Positions 1 to 8,965 of a DNA stretch of 41,200 nt are shown here, piece by piece. The notes under the pieces are model-generated. The model saw only the letters and a list, made by a program, of their open reading frames with translations. It did no database searches and had not been told where the DNA came from. Each line of letters opens with the position of its first letter. The first letter of the stretch is position 1. Both the position numbers and the translations under genes were made by a program. Source of the stretch: Candidatus Woesearchaeota archaeon (GTDB lineage Archaea > Nanobdellota > Nanobdellia > SCGC-AAA011-G17 > JAGVZF01); NCBI GenBank assembly GCA_016185565.1, contig JACPNH010000031.1, positions 1-41,200 on the forward strand, read 5' to 3'.

Positions 1-595
1 AAAGAGCGCCTGCATGAGTTCCAGTTGCGTCAATAAACGGGGCTTTTTCCTCTGTAGAGTTGTCTATTAACAGTTTTGGAATTGGTGTTCTTTCATTCTG
101 CCTCATTCTTCTTCCAAGATTGAGGAATATTGCGAATGCTGCCAGAAAAATCATCGAGCTAATTAGTGCGGCGGCTGCAAGAATGTCACCGTATTCTTTT
201 CTAATCCACCAGGGGGTCATTATCGAGATAATCACAAGTACAAAGAAAATGATGTTTTGTGCCCTTAAATAACCAAGGCTTTGTATTTTTGATTTTGTAA
301 CAATTTCCTTGCCTTTTCCTTTTGGTACAACCCTAATCAGTGGGACGTTTTCATCCTGTACATTTGGAAAAGATAGAATGTCTACTAATTTTTCTTTAGG
401 AATAAGTTCTGCTAGCGCTTGTCCAATTAAACTCTTTCCAGTACCCGGCTCACCTATTAATAGTACGTGACGTCTTTGCTTTGCTACTTTTTTAATTATT
501 TTAACTGCTTCGTCCTGCCCTACAATCTGATCTACAACATTTTTGGGAACGTTTAGTTCTTTAGTATTTTTAAACTTAAATGGCTTATATGTCAT
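1..595 (-). CDS. lon: ATP-dependent Lon protease, membrane-anchored archaeal LonB type (N-terminal part; gene runs off the window edge)
   Basis: Absent from the ORF track because it is open at the edge. Reverse-strand translation from the ATG at 595-593 reads MTYKPFKFKNTKELNVPKNVVDQIVGQDEAVKIIKKVAKQRRHVLLIGEPGTGKSLIGQALAELIP... Walker A (GEPGTGKS) is followed by two hydrophobic helices (IIFFVLVIISIM..., AAALISSMIFLAAFAIFL) inserted after the P-loop, as in archaeal LonB. Confidence 0.8.
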   Translation of the reverse strand, partial: MTYKPFKFKNTKELNVPKNVVDQIVGQDEAVKIIKKVAKQRRHVLLIGEPGTGKSLIGQALAELIPKEKLVDILSFPNVQDENVPLIRVVPKGKGKEIVTKSKIQSLGYLRAQNIIFFVLVIISIMTPWWIRKEYGDILAAAALISSMIFLAAFAIFLNLGRRMRQNERTPIPKLLIDNSTEEKAPFIDATGTHAGAL

Positions 596-683
596 ATTCA
601 TTAAAAGAAAAATTAGGTTTAAATATGTTTTGTTAGGTATTAATAGTTTTTATAACTAATTAAAGGTTTGTAAAATAAAAAAT

Positions 684-947
684 TTATATTATTTCTTCTT
701 CTGCAATAACTACAAAATCTCCTGTTGCTGTAACTGCACTATAGGGTACTAATAAATTACCTTGGTTATCTTTTTCTAATTCTAAGCCTTCTGCAAAACC
801 AGTATGGTTTCTAAGGACTAATTGGATTAATTCTCCTGTTCTGGTTTCAAAAACTAAATTTCCTACTTCTCCAAATAATCTTCCTGTTTTACTAACTACT
901 TTCCTCCCTAATAATTGTCTAGAAAATTTTCTTTCAGATTCTGCCAT
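684..947 (-). CDS. small PRC-barrel domain protein (87 aa)
   Basis: LLGRKVVSKTGRLFGEVGNLVFETRTGELIQLVL...LLVPYSAVTATGDFVVI follows the PRC-barrel pattern (G..V....G..lG.v.d...d..tG.i..l.v ... vP...v...gd.vi). Its size is typical of stand-alone archaeal PRC-barrel proteins. Confidence 0.7.
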   Translation of the reverse strand: MAESERKFSRQLLGRKVVSKTGRLFGEVGNLVFETRTGELIQLVLRNHTGFAEGLELEKDNQGNLLVPYSAVTATGDFVVIAEEEII

Positions 948-1070
948 TTTTTTTACCTCATCTTATTTTTTATTGGTTATACCATATTTTTAACATATTT
1001 ATAAATCTTTCTAGATTTTTTTAATAGTTTATTAAATATATATCAAAAATACTCTAACCCTCTCACCTAT

Positions 1071-1083
1071 ATTTCTTATGGAA
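1071..1083 (+). repeat. ORB-like element A (ATTTCTTATGGAA)
   Basis: Dyad core TTTCnnnTGGAA resembles the archaeal mini-ORB core (TCCAnnGGAAA-like). It differs from element B at 1 of 13 positions. Confidence 0.45.
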
Positions 1084-1122
1084 AAGTTCATAATAAAAAT
1101 TTTTATGAAATAGACTGTTTTT

Positions 1123-1135
1123 ATTTCTTTTGGAA
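1123..1135 (+). repeat. ORB-like element B (ATTTCTTTTGGAA)
   Basis: Direct repeat of element A, 52 nt downstream. Confidence 0.45.
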
Positions 1136-1313
1136 GTAAATAAGCAAAATTTTGCTTATTTTATAGATATTTAATTTATGTAAGTTTTTATAAATAAGTT
1201 TGTTAGATAGAGAGATCGATGTTTATTTATTGTTTTTAAGGCTTATATGTGTAATATATTTCATTTATATGTTTTTTATATTATTGCTTTGTTTTTTAAG
1301 TTTTATTATTATG

Positions 1314-1345
1314 TAATATATATTATTAATAATATATATTATTAA
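1314..1345. repeat. perfect tandem repeat 2 x 16 nt, 100% A/T (TAATATATATTATTAA x2); candidate DNA-unwinding element
   Basis: Read directly: 1314-1329 and 1330-1345 are identical 16-mers. Confidence 0.9.
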
Positions 1346-1434
1346 CAAAGGTTAAACATTTTTTCTAAAAGAAATGATGGTGTTTCTTTCATGTGGTAAC
1401 ATAAGTTTTTATATAAAAATAATTTTAAAAACTA

Positions 1435-1447
1435 TTCCATCGGAAAT
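1435..1447 (-). repeat. ORB-like element C, inverted (reverse complement ATTTCCGATGGAA)
   Basis: Plus strand reads TTCCATCGGAAAT. The reverse complement matches A at 11 of 13 positions and lies inverted on the far side of the A/T-only repeat. Confidence 0.45.
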
Positions 1448-1530
1448 AATGGTCTCAGAGTCTATATTTAATCATAATAATACTTATATAAAACAATTTG
1501 AATTTAGCTAAAAGGGGTGGGTTTAAGAAT

Positions 1531-2736
1531 ATGTATAAAAATTTAGGTAGTTTTTTTGAAAATTTTTTAGATAAAGAGCCATTGTTTATCGATAAACAAG
1601 TTCTACAGTCAAGTTATGCACCAGAAACAATACCACATAGAGAAGAACAAATAGAACAAGTTGCTAGTATTTTAGCACCTTGCTTGAGATTAGAGAAACC
1701 AAGTAATTTATTCATCTATGGAAAAACAGGGACTGGGAAAACATTAAGTGTAAAATATGTGATGAACCAACTTATTGAAACATCAAATAAAAAAAATATT
1801 CCTTTATTAATTAGTTATATCAACTGTAAATTAAAAAGAGTTTCTGATACGGAATATAGGTTAATAGCACAACTTGCACGAGAGGTTGGATGTGAGGTTC
1901 CAGCTACAGGGCTTCCGACAGATGAGGTATATAGGATATTTGTGAATAATATAGATAGAGATAAGAAAATATTAATATTGATTTTAGATGAAATAGACCA
2001 ACTCGTAAAAAAAGCCGATGACGAAATTTTGTATAATTTAACAAGGTTAAATGGAGATTTAAAAAATGTGCAAATATCTATTATTGGCATATCCAACGAC
2101 CTTGTTTTTAGAGATAGTTTAGATCCCAGAATAAAGAGTTCTTTATCTGAAGAAGAAATACACTTTCCACCATATAATGCAATTCAGTTACAAGACATTT
2201 TAAGAGAGAGATCAAAGAAGGCATTTAGGAAAGAAGTAATTGAAGAGGGCGTAATTGAAAAATGTGCTGCGTATGCAGCAAAAGAGCATGGCGATGCAAG
2301 AAGAGCCTTGGAGCTTTTAAGAGTTTCAGGCGAACTAGCCGAAAGAAAAAATGAATCTAAGATAATAATGAAACATATTGATGAAGCAGAAGAAAAAATA
2401 GATAGAGATAGAATAACTGAAGCAATACATATGCAACCAAAACAATTTCAAGTAACTATGCTTTCTATATTAATTATGTCTACTAAAAATAAATCTCCTA
2501 TCTTTACAGGTGAAATGTATGAATTATACAAAGATTACTGTAATAAAAGTGGGTTAAAACCTTTAACACAAAGAAGAGTGTCTGATATAGTTGGAGAATT
2601 AGACATGTTGGGTATAATAAATGCAAAAGTAATTAGTAAAGGAAGATATGGAAGAACAAAAGAAATTAAATTAGCAATTCCTTTATCTACAACACAAGAA
2701 CTGACTCAAGCATTAAAAGATGGCCTTAATTTATGA
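1531..2736 (+). CDS. cdc6: Orc1/Cdc6 replication initiator
   Basis: Walker A GKTGTGKT, Walker B ILILDEID, GDARRALELLR sensor region and a C-terminal winged-helix part (ISKGRYGRTKEI). The track start at 1498 is TTG. I prefer the ATG at 1531, which is preceded by GGGGTGG (1514-1520) as a Shine-Dalgarno-like site. Confidence 0.9.
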   Translation: MYKNLGSFFENFLDKEPLFIDKQVLQSSYAPETIPHREEQIEQVASILAPCLRLEKPSNLFIYGKTGTGKTLSVKYVMNQLIETSNKKNIPLLISYINCKLKRVSDTEYRLIAQLAREVGCEVPATGLPTDEVYRIFVNNIDRDKKILILILDEIDQLVKKADDEILYNLTRLNGDLKNVQISIIGISNDLVFRDSLDPRIKSSLSEEEIHFPPYNAIQLQDILRERSKKAFRKEVIEEGVIEKCAAYAAKEHGDARRALELLRVSGELAERKNESKIIMKHIDEAEEKIDRDRITEAIHMQPKQFQVTMLSILIMSTKNKSPIFTGEMYELYKDYCNKSGLKPLTQRRVSDIVGELDMLGIINAKVISKGRYGRTKEIKLAIPLSTTQELTQALKDGLNL

Positions 2737-4406
2737 CGTATGAAAATAATCAAGAAATAGTAAAATATTTTTTAAAACAAGGTTATTTAATTAGTCCAGA
2801 TTTTTTTGAGAAGAAACATCCCGACTTAAATAAGGAACAATTGATTGGATTAATACCAAAGAAAATAAAAAGTACAGAGAAACCAACAGTTCTGAATAAT
2901 GACTTGATATCGGTTTTGAAAGAAGATAGTGTTATTATAGACATAAACTGGGGTGAGTTTGAAAAATCTCGGGTATTGTTTGAGAAAGACAAGAATCAAA
3001 TATTGTATAAAACATTTTTAGATATTTTAAAGCTTAATACAGAAAAAAACAAAAAAGAAATTGTAAAATTGTTATTAAAAGATATAGGAAAACCTACTAC
3101 TGAGGCAGACACAATAGGTATTGAGGAAGAGAAAACAGCAGACGAATCTAATGTTATAATCATAAAATCCTATAACAATCCTTCTAAAAAAAGAGATCCC
3201 CAAGATTTTGTTTCATATTACAATAACAGATATGAATCAATAAAAAAGATTTTATTAAATAGGATCGAATTGCAAAATACGGTGTCTATAAATAGGTTAT
3301 TCAATAAGAATAATAGAGAAGAGGTTTCTATAATCGGGATTGTAAGTGATAAAATGGTTTCTAAAAATGATAATATTCTTCTTGTAGTTGAAGATTTAAC
3401 TGGATATATAAGTGTGTTAGTTAATAAAAATAAAAAAGATATTTATGACAAAGCAACAAATATTACTTTAGATGAGGTCATTGGTATCACTGGATTAATA
3501 AATAATAGAATGATTTTTGCAAATAATTTATTTTTTCCAGACGTTATTTTTGGAAGTAAACAAAAAAAATACGATAAAGAGGTTTATATAGCTTTTATCT
3601 CTGACATTCATGTAGGCAGCAAATTATTTTTAAAAGAACAATTTTTGAGATTTATCAATTGGTTAAATGGCGAATATGGAAGTATACAACAGAGAAGAAT
3701 ATCTAAAATAGTAAAATATTTGTTTATAGTAGGAGACCTAGTTGATGGTGTTGGCATTTACCCTGGGCAAGAAAATGAATTAGAAATAACTGACGTCATA
3801 GAGCAATATAAAGAATGCACTAAACTGTTAAATATGATAAGGAAGGACATAAAAATAATAGCCTGTGGTGGCCAGCATGATGCATTGAGACTCTCTGAAC
3901 CTCAACCACCATTTGATAAAATATATGCCAAAGATCTCTACAATCTACCAAATTTAATTGCAGTATCAAATCCAGCATTAATTAATGTAAATTCTACAAA
4001 AGACTTTGAAGGTTTTAATATATTGATGTATCATGGAGCAAGCTTTCATTATTATATAGCAAATATAGACTCTTTAAGGTTTAGTGATTCATATAATAAT
4101 CCTCACTATGTAGTTCATTACTTGATTCAAAAAAGACATCTTGCTCCGACGCATTCTTCTACAGTTTATGTCCCAGATATAAATGAAGATCCTTTAGTTA
4201 TTGATAAAGTGCCAGATATTATGGTATGCGGGGACATGCATAGATCTGATATCTCACAATATAACAATATAATAACTATTAATTGCTCATGCTGGCAAGC
4301 TAAAACAGATTTTCAAGAAAAAATCGGGAATAATCCAGATCCAGCAAAAGTGCTATTATTTAATCTAAAAACAAGAGAGATAAAAATATTAAATTTCAAT
4401 GATTAA
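2733..4406 (+). CDS. polB: DNA polymerase II (PolD) small subunit DP1, Mre11-like exonuclease
   Basis: Calcineurin/Mre11-type phosphoesterase motifs FISDIHVGS, VGDLVDG, GGQHD, MYHG and CGDMH. An ATGA overlap with the cdc6 stop (2733-2736) indicates translational coupling. Confidence 0.9.
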   Translation: MTYENNQEIVKYFLKQGYLISPDFFEKKHPDLNKEQLIGLIPKKIKSTEKPTVLNNDLISVLKEDSVIIDINWGEFEKSRVLFEKDKNQILYKTFLDILKLNTEKNKKEIVKLLLKDIGKPTTEADTIGIEEEKTADESNVIIIKSYNNPSKKRDPQDFVSYYNNRYESIKKILLNRIELQNTVSINRLFNKNNREEVSIIGIVSDKMVSKNDNILLVVEDLTGYISVLVNKNKKDIYDKATNITLDEVIGITGLINNRMIFANNLFFPDVIFGSKQKKYDKEVYIAFISDIHVGSKLFLKEQFLRFINWLNGEYGSIQQRRISKIVKYLFIVGDLVDGVGIYPGQENELEITDVIEQYKECTKLLNMIRKDIKIIACGGQHDALRLSEPQPPFDKIYAKDLYNLPNLIAVSNPALINVNSTKDFEGFNILMYHGASFHYYIANIDSLRFSDSYNNPHYVVHYLIQKRHLAPTHSSTVYVPDINEDPLVIDKVPDIMVCGDMHRSDISQYNNIITINCSCWQAKTDFQEKIGNNPDPAKVLLFNLKTREIKILNFND

Positions 4407-7400
4407 AATGGAAATAAAAGACTACTTTTCAGGAATAGATAATTATGTGAGTAAAGCATACAATACTGCAAAGAAGGCAAAGTCGAAGGGGTATGACCCT
4501 AGTGATGAGATAGAGATTATAGCTGTAAATAACATGGGTGAGAAGGTTGAAGGATTAGTTTCTGTGATACACCAACATATTAAGGGCAAAGGGATTCCAA
4601 GCAGAATAATCGAACTTGAAGAAACTTACGGAAAACTAGACTGGAGGGTTGCACTTACAATAGCTCTTGAAACAGCGCAGGAAAAATTCTGTAAATTCAA
4701 AGATGAGATTGAGGCCATGGAAGCAGGTATAAGGGTTGGTTTTGCTTATATTACGCTTGGGAGTGTTTCGAGCCCTTTAGAGGGTTTTGTGAAATTGGTA
4801 ATAAAAAAGAGAAAAGACGGAAAAGAATATTTCTGCTTATATTATTCTGGGCCTGTTAGAAGTGCGGGAGGAACAGGAGCTAGTGTTTCTGTGATTATAG
4901 CTGATTATTTAAGAAAGAAGCTTGGATATTACAAGTATGATGCAACTGAAAAAGAAATAAAAAGAACCTACACCGAACTGACTGATTATCATGAGAAGGT
5001 TACTAACCTGCAGTATTTTCCTTCAGAGCAGGAGGTAGAGTTTCTAGTAAGCAATTTGCCTGTGCAGATTGATGGAGATCCGAGTGAGAAATACGAAGTA
5101 AGCAACTACAAAGACTTGGATAGGATCGAAACTAACAGATTAAGGAATGGTTTTTGTCTTGTGATAGCAGAGTGTTTAGCACAAAAAGCGCCAAAAATAC
5201 TCTGGCAATTGCAGAAGTGGGGAAAGGATTTTGATATGGCTGATTGGGAGTTTATGAATGATTTTGTAAGTCTACAAAAAAGGCTTAAATCAAAACAGAA
5301 GATAGAAGATACTAAGGAAAAAATAAAGGCTGACTATACTTACCTAAAGGATATAGTTGCAGGAAGGCCTGTTCTTACATATCCTTATCTGAAAGGAGGA
5401 TTCAGGCTGAGATATGGGAGATGCAGGAATTCTGGGCTTTCTAGCATGGCAATACATCCCGCTACAATGATAGTATTGAAAAATTTCATTGCCATAGGAA
5501 CGCAGTTGAAAGTTGAAAGGCCAGGAAAAGGAACTGCTTTAGGAAGCTGCGACACAATAGAAGGGCCAATAGTGAAGCTGAATAATGGTGATGTGGTGTT
5601 TCTGGAAGACTGCACGATTGCAGAGGGTATTGCAAATGATGTAAAGGAAATACTTTTTTTAGGAGACATTCTCGTGAATTACGGAGATTTTTTGAATAGG
5701 AATCATATTTTAATACCAGCAGGGTATTGTGAGGAATGGTGGGCTGCCGAGCTTGAAAAGAGCATCAAGAATGAAAAAATAAATAAAAGCAATGCAGATA
5801 TAGATTTGATAAAAGATATAATAAACAATCCAATGAAAACAAAAGTTCATTTTGATGAATCTTATAAAATCTCAAAAATATACAACATACCTTTACATCC
5901 AAGATACACTTTGCATTGGAACGACCTTACAACAAATGAATATAAAAAAATACTGGAAAAAGTAAAAAATTTTAAGATAGATAGAAATACTTTCAAGATA
6001 ATGATTCCATCAAATTTGGATATAAAAAAAATTCTTGAAAAATTAGGACTTCCGCACAGACAATTAACAGATAATGTACTTGTTGAAGGAGATTGGTCAA
6101 AATCATTTCTAGTAGGTTTAGGAATACTAAACAATAAAACTGAAATTAATAATAACTATGATGATTTTTCTGGAAAAGAAGAGACTATAGATGCAGTAAA
6201 CACATTAAGCGAGATAAAAATTATTGATAAGAGTGGGACTTGCATCGGTGCGAGGATGGGCAGGCCTGAGAAAGCAAAGTTAAGAAAGCTTACAGGAAGC
6301 CCACATGTTTTGTTCCCTGTAGGAGAGGAAGGAGGAAGATTAAGGGCCTTCCAATCTGCCATTGAATCAAATTTAGTGTATGCAGAGTTTCCAATTTATT
6401 TCTGCAAGGAATGCAGTGACTACAGCATATACAGAAACTGCCACAGGTGCGGAAAAAAAACAATGAAGATGTATTTCTGCGAAAAATGTAATAAGCAAAT
6501 AAACAAGGAGATATGCACTCTTCATGGAAAGACAAATTCTTATAACAAAAGGCCAATAAACATTGTTGAGTATATGGAATTAGCAAAGAAAAGATTGGAT
6601 TTGAGCGAGGTTCCAGAGCTTATAAAAGGAATAAGAGGAACTTCTAATGAAGGGCATGTTACAGAGTATTTGAGCAAGGGAATTTTAAGAGCAACATATA
6701 ATTTAGCTGTTAATAAGGACGGCACGATAAGATATGATATGACAGAAACATCATTAACACATTTTAAGCCAAAGGAAATCGGAACTAGTGTAGAAAAATT
6801 AAAGGAACTTGGATATGGAGAAGATATTTATGGAATGCCGTTGGAAAATAAAGAGCAAATACTTGAACTGAATGTACAGGATGTTATTTTGCCAGCATGT
6901 GTCGAATCTCTGGAGGAGGGCGCAGATACAGTATTGTTTAGGATTTCTAAATTTATAGATGATTTGCTTTCAAGATTGTATAAATGCGAGGGATTTTACA
7001 ACCTGAATGACAAAAAAGAGTTGGTTGGACACCTTATTATTGGATTAGCGCCACATACGTCTGCAGGCATAATAGGAAGGATAATAGGGTTTACAAAGAC
7101 TCAAGGATGCTATGCACATCCAATGTGGCATTGTGCTATTAGGCGGGATTGCGATGGAGATGAATGTGGAGTAATGCTTTTGATGGATGGGTTGTTGAAT
7201 TTTTCCAGAAAATTTTTGCCAGCACATAGAGGTTCTACCCAAGATGCCCCATTAGTTTTGACAACAAAATTAATACCATCTGAAGTAGATGATATGGTGT
7301 TTGACATGGATATTTGTTGGAGGTATCCATTAGAGTTTTATGAAGCATGTTTAGATTACAAAATGCCAAATGAAATGAAACTAGATATAGTAAAGAGAAA

Positions 7401-7899
7401 ACTCGGAAGTGAAAATCAATACCAAGATTTCGGATTTACTCATGATACATCGGATATAAATCTCGGCGTTAGATGCAGCGCATACAAATCTCTACCAAGT
7501 ATGTTGGAGAAAGTCAGGGGTCAGATGGAATTGGCCGAGATGATAAGGGCAGTAGACACAGATGATGTGGCTAGGCTAGTTATAGAAAGACATTTTATTA
7601 GAGATATTAGAGGTAATCTGAGAAAGTTCTCAATGCAACAGTTTAGATGCTCAAAATGCAATCAAAAATACAGAAGACCACCTTTAATTGGAAAATGCTT
7701 AAAATGCGATGGCAGAATAATTTTTACAATATCAGAAGGATCTATTGTTAAATACCTCAAACCTAGTTTAGAATTAGCAAACAAATATAAGTTATCCCCT
7801 TACTTAAAACAAAGTTTAGAACTTACTAAAAGCAGGATAGAGAGTTTGTTTGGAAAGGAAAAGGAGGTTCAAGCTGGGCTTAATTCGTGGTTTAGTTAA
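4399..7899 (+). CDS. polC: DNA polymerase II (PolD) large catalytic subunit DP2; no intein
   Basis: 1166 aa. Conserved GLAPHTSAG and AIRRDCDGDE segments, and C-terminal Zn-finger pairs (CSKCNQKY...CLKCDG). An alternative ATG at 4408 lies just after the DP1 stop. Confidence 0.9.
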   Translation: MIKMEIKDYFSGIDNYVSKAYNTAKKAKSKGYDPSDEIEIIAVNNMGEKVEGLVSVIHQHIKGKGIPSRIIELEETYGKLDWRVALTIALETAQEKFCKFKDEIEAMEAGIRVGFAYITLGSVSSPLEGFVKLVIKKRKDGKEYFCLYYSGPVRSAGGTGASVSVIIADYLRKKLGYYKYDATEKEIKRTYTELTDYHEKVTNLQYFPSEQEVEFLVSNLPVQIDGDPSEKYEVSNYKDLDRIETNRLRNGFCLVIAECLAQKAPKILWQLQKWGKDFDMADWEFMNDFVSLQKRLKSKQKIEDTKEKIKADYTYLKDIVAGRPVLTYPYLKGGFRLRYGRCRNSGLSSMAIHPATMIVLKNFIAIGTQLKVERPGKGTALGSCDTIEGPIVKLNNGDVVFLEDCTIAEGIANDVKEILFLGDILVNYGDFLNRNHILIPAGYCEEWWAAELEKSIKNEKINKSNADIDLIKDIINNPMKTKVHFDESYKISKIYNIPLHPRYTLHWNDLTTNEYKKILEKVKNFKIDRNTFKIMIPSNLDIKKILEKLGLPHRQLTDNVLVEGDWSKSFLVGLGILNNKTEINNNYDDFSGKEETIDAVNTLSEIKIIDKSGTCIGARMGRPEKAKLRKLTGSPHVLFPVGEEGGRLRAFQSAIESNLVYAEFPIYFCKECSDYSIYRNCHRCGKKTMKMYFCEKCNKQINKEICTLHGKTNSYNKRPINIVEYMELAKKRLDLSEVPELIKGIRGTSNEGHVTEYLSKGILRATYNLAVNKDGTIRYDMTETSLTHFKPKEIGTSVEKLKELGYGEDIYGMPLENKEQILELNVQDVILPACVESLEEGADTVLFRISKFIDDLLSRLYKCEGFYNLNDKKELVGHLIIGLAPHTSAGIIGRIIGFTKTQGCYAHPMWHCAIRRDCDGDECGVMLLMDGLLNFSRKFLPAHRGSTQDAPLVLTTKLIPSEVDDMVFDMDICWRYPLEFYEACLDYKMPNEMKLDIVKRKLGSENQYQDFGFTHDTSDINLGVRCSAYKSLPSMLEKVRGQMELAEMIRAVDTDDVARLVIERHFIRDIRGNLRKFSMQQFRCSKCNQKYRRPPLIGKCLKCDGRIIFTISEGSIVKYLKPSLELANKYKLSPYLKQSLELTKSRIESLFGKEKEVQAGLNSWFS

Positions 7900-7949
7900 G
7901 TGTATAAAATTGAAAAAATTTATATTCCCCCATTATTTTAAGATATTTC

Positions 7950-8252
7950 ATGGTTAATGACAAACTTATAAAAGAACAATTAAGACAAACCCAGATAATG
8001 ACTATACTTTCAGAAAAAAGAACTGTTTTGTCAGAGTTAAGAACATGGATTACAATGATTTTGTTGCCATTGAGTATCATGACAGCTTCATTGGCAATTT
8101 TAAAATATAATGAAAATGTAAAGCCAAAATTGTTTACATCTATGCTTGTGTTTTCTGGTTTGTTTGTGTTTATTGTTTTTTATTTTATAATTAAAAATTT
8201 AAAAGAGCTATTTAAATTAAATAAAAGAGTCCATAAAATAGATCTTCCATGA
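7950..8252 (+). CDS. hypothetical small membrane protein (100 aa, 2 predicted TM helices)
   Basis: ATG-initiated ORF in an otherwise empty gap. Two hydrophobic stretches (ITMILLPLSIMTASLAIL, MLVFSGLFVFIVFYFII). No recognisable family. Confidence 0.4.
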   Translation: MVNDKLIKEQLRQTQIMTILSEKRTVLSELRTWITMILLPLSIMTASLAILKYNENVKPKLFTSMLVFSGLFVFIVFYFIIKNLKELFKLNKRVHKIDLP

Positions 8253-8380
8253 AGCCAAGTAGTTTAAAGATGTTTGGATAGTCACTTACAAAATTTTATA
8301 AATATTATTATTGGTTTAGTTTTATATAAATAAATTTTAATTCAGACATAAAAACGGACTTAATTAATATAAACAAAAAA

Positions 8381-8965
8381 TTGATTCATTTAATAGAAGA
8401 TTTTACTGTATTCGTAGGTGGGGACCACTCAATAACCTATGCATGTTTTAAAGCAATTTCAATGAAACACAAGAATTGCGGATTAGTGATTTTTGATGCA
8501 CATCCAGATTGTTATAAAAATTTTAATTATCCAGTACATGAAGATTGGTTAAAATTTTTAATCGAAGAGAAAGTTATAAGAAACGATCAAATTATACTAA
8601 TTGGCATAAGGAATCCAGACATAAAAGAAATAGAATTTTTGAAAGATAACAAAATCAAGTTTTTCACAATGAAAAATGTTGATAGCAACAAGGAAGATTT
8701 TTGTGACCTAATAATGGAGTCGTGCAGGAATTTTGAATCTTTATATATCAGTATTGATATCGACGTGGTAGACCCTGCTTTTGCACCAGGAACAGGTTAC
8801 TTAGAGCCAGGAGGATTTTCTTCAAGGGAACTAATTCATTATGTTCAAAGATTAAAACTTTTAAAGAATTTAAGAGCTATTGATTTAGTGGAGGTAAATC
8901 CCAAAAAAGACATTAATAATATGACTTCAAAATTAGCAGCAAGATTAATAGCAGAATTTATGTAG
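8381..8965 (+). CDS. arginase/agmatinase-family ureohydrolase, N-terminally short (194 aa); possible gene remnant
   Basis: Family motifs GGDHS (res 13-17), FDAHPD, SIDIDVVDP and DLVEVNP are present. The ORF starts at a TTG, and an in-frame TAA lies at 8327-8329. The roughly 90-110 N-terminal residues normally found before GGDHS are absent. Confidence 0.6.
   Translation: MIHLIEDFTVFVGGDHSITYACFKAISMKHKNCGLVIFDAHPDCYKNFNYPVHEDWLKFLIEEKVIRNDQIILIGIRNPDIKEIEFLKDNKIKFFTMKNVDSNKEDFCDLIMESCRNFESLYISIDIDVVDPAFAPGTGYLEPGGFSSRELIHYVQRLKLLKNLRAIDLVEVNPKKDINNMTSKLAARLIAEFM

Larger units (their letters stand above)
960..1497. other. candidate chromosomal replication origin (oriC): A/T-rich non-coding region with ORB-like repeats, upstream of orc1/cdc6
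   Basis: About 540 bp lack any credible ORF in an otherwise tightly packed window. Two direct 13-mers and one inverted copy flank a 100% A/T tandem repeat. The region lies directly 5' of orc1/cdc6-DP1-DP2, the synteny known from Pyrococcus oriC. Confidence 0.5.

Noticed and set aside
60-272. 70-aa plus-strand ORF at the window start
   Set aside because: It lies antisense inside the much better supported lon reading frame, and its hydrophobic, low-complexity translation is typical of an A/T-rich antisense frame.
1314-1345. Possible CRISPR or minisatellite
   Set aside because: It has only two abutting 16-nt copies with no spacers and is 100% A/T. It fits an unwinding element in an origin better than a CRISPR array. 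No repeat-spacer structure exists anywhere in the window.
1373-1400. C-box-like AATGATGG and a fourth degenerate ORB-like sequence (TTTCATGTGGTAA)
   Set aside because: AUGAUGG is not an exact C box, and no D box (CUGA) lies at a suitable distance with terminal pairing. The ORB-like match needs an insertion, so it is too weak to call.
1815-7307. Multiple minus-strand ORFs of 60-100 aa inside cdc6, DP1 and DP2 (1815-2096, 2783-2992, 5385-5669, 5862-6134, 6156-6725, 7045-7307)
   Set aside because: All are antisense to long genes with clear family motifs. They have Ser/Phe/Ile/Leu-rich or Cys-rich translations with no motifs, so they are shadow ORFs.
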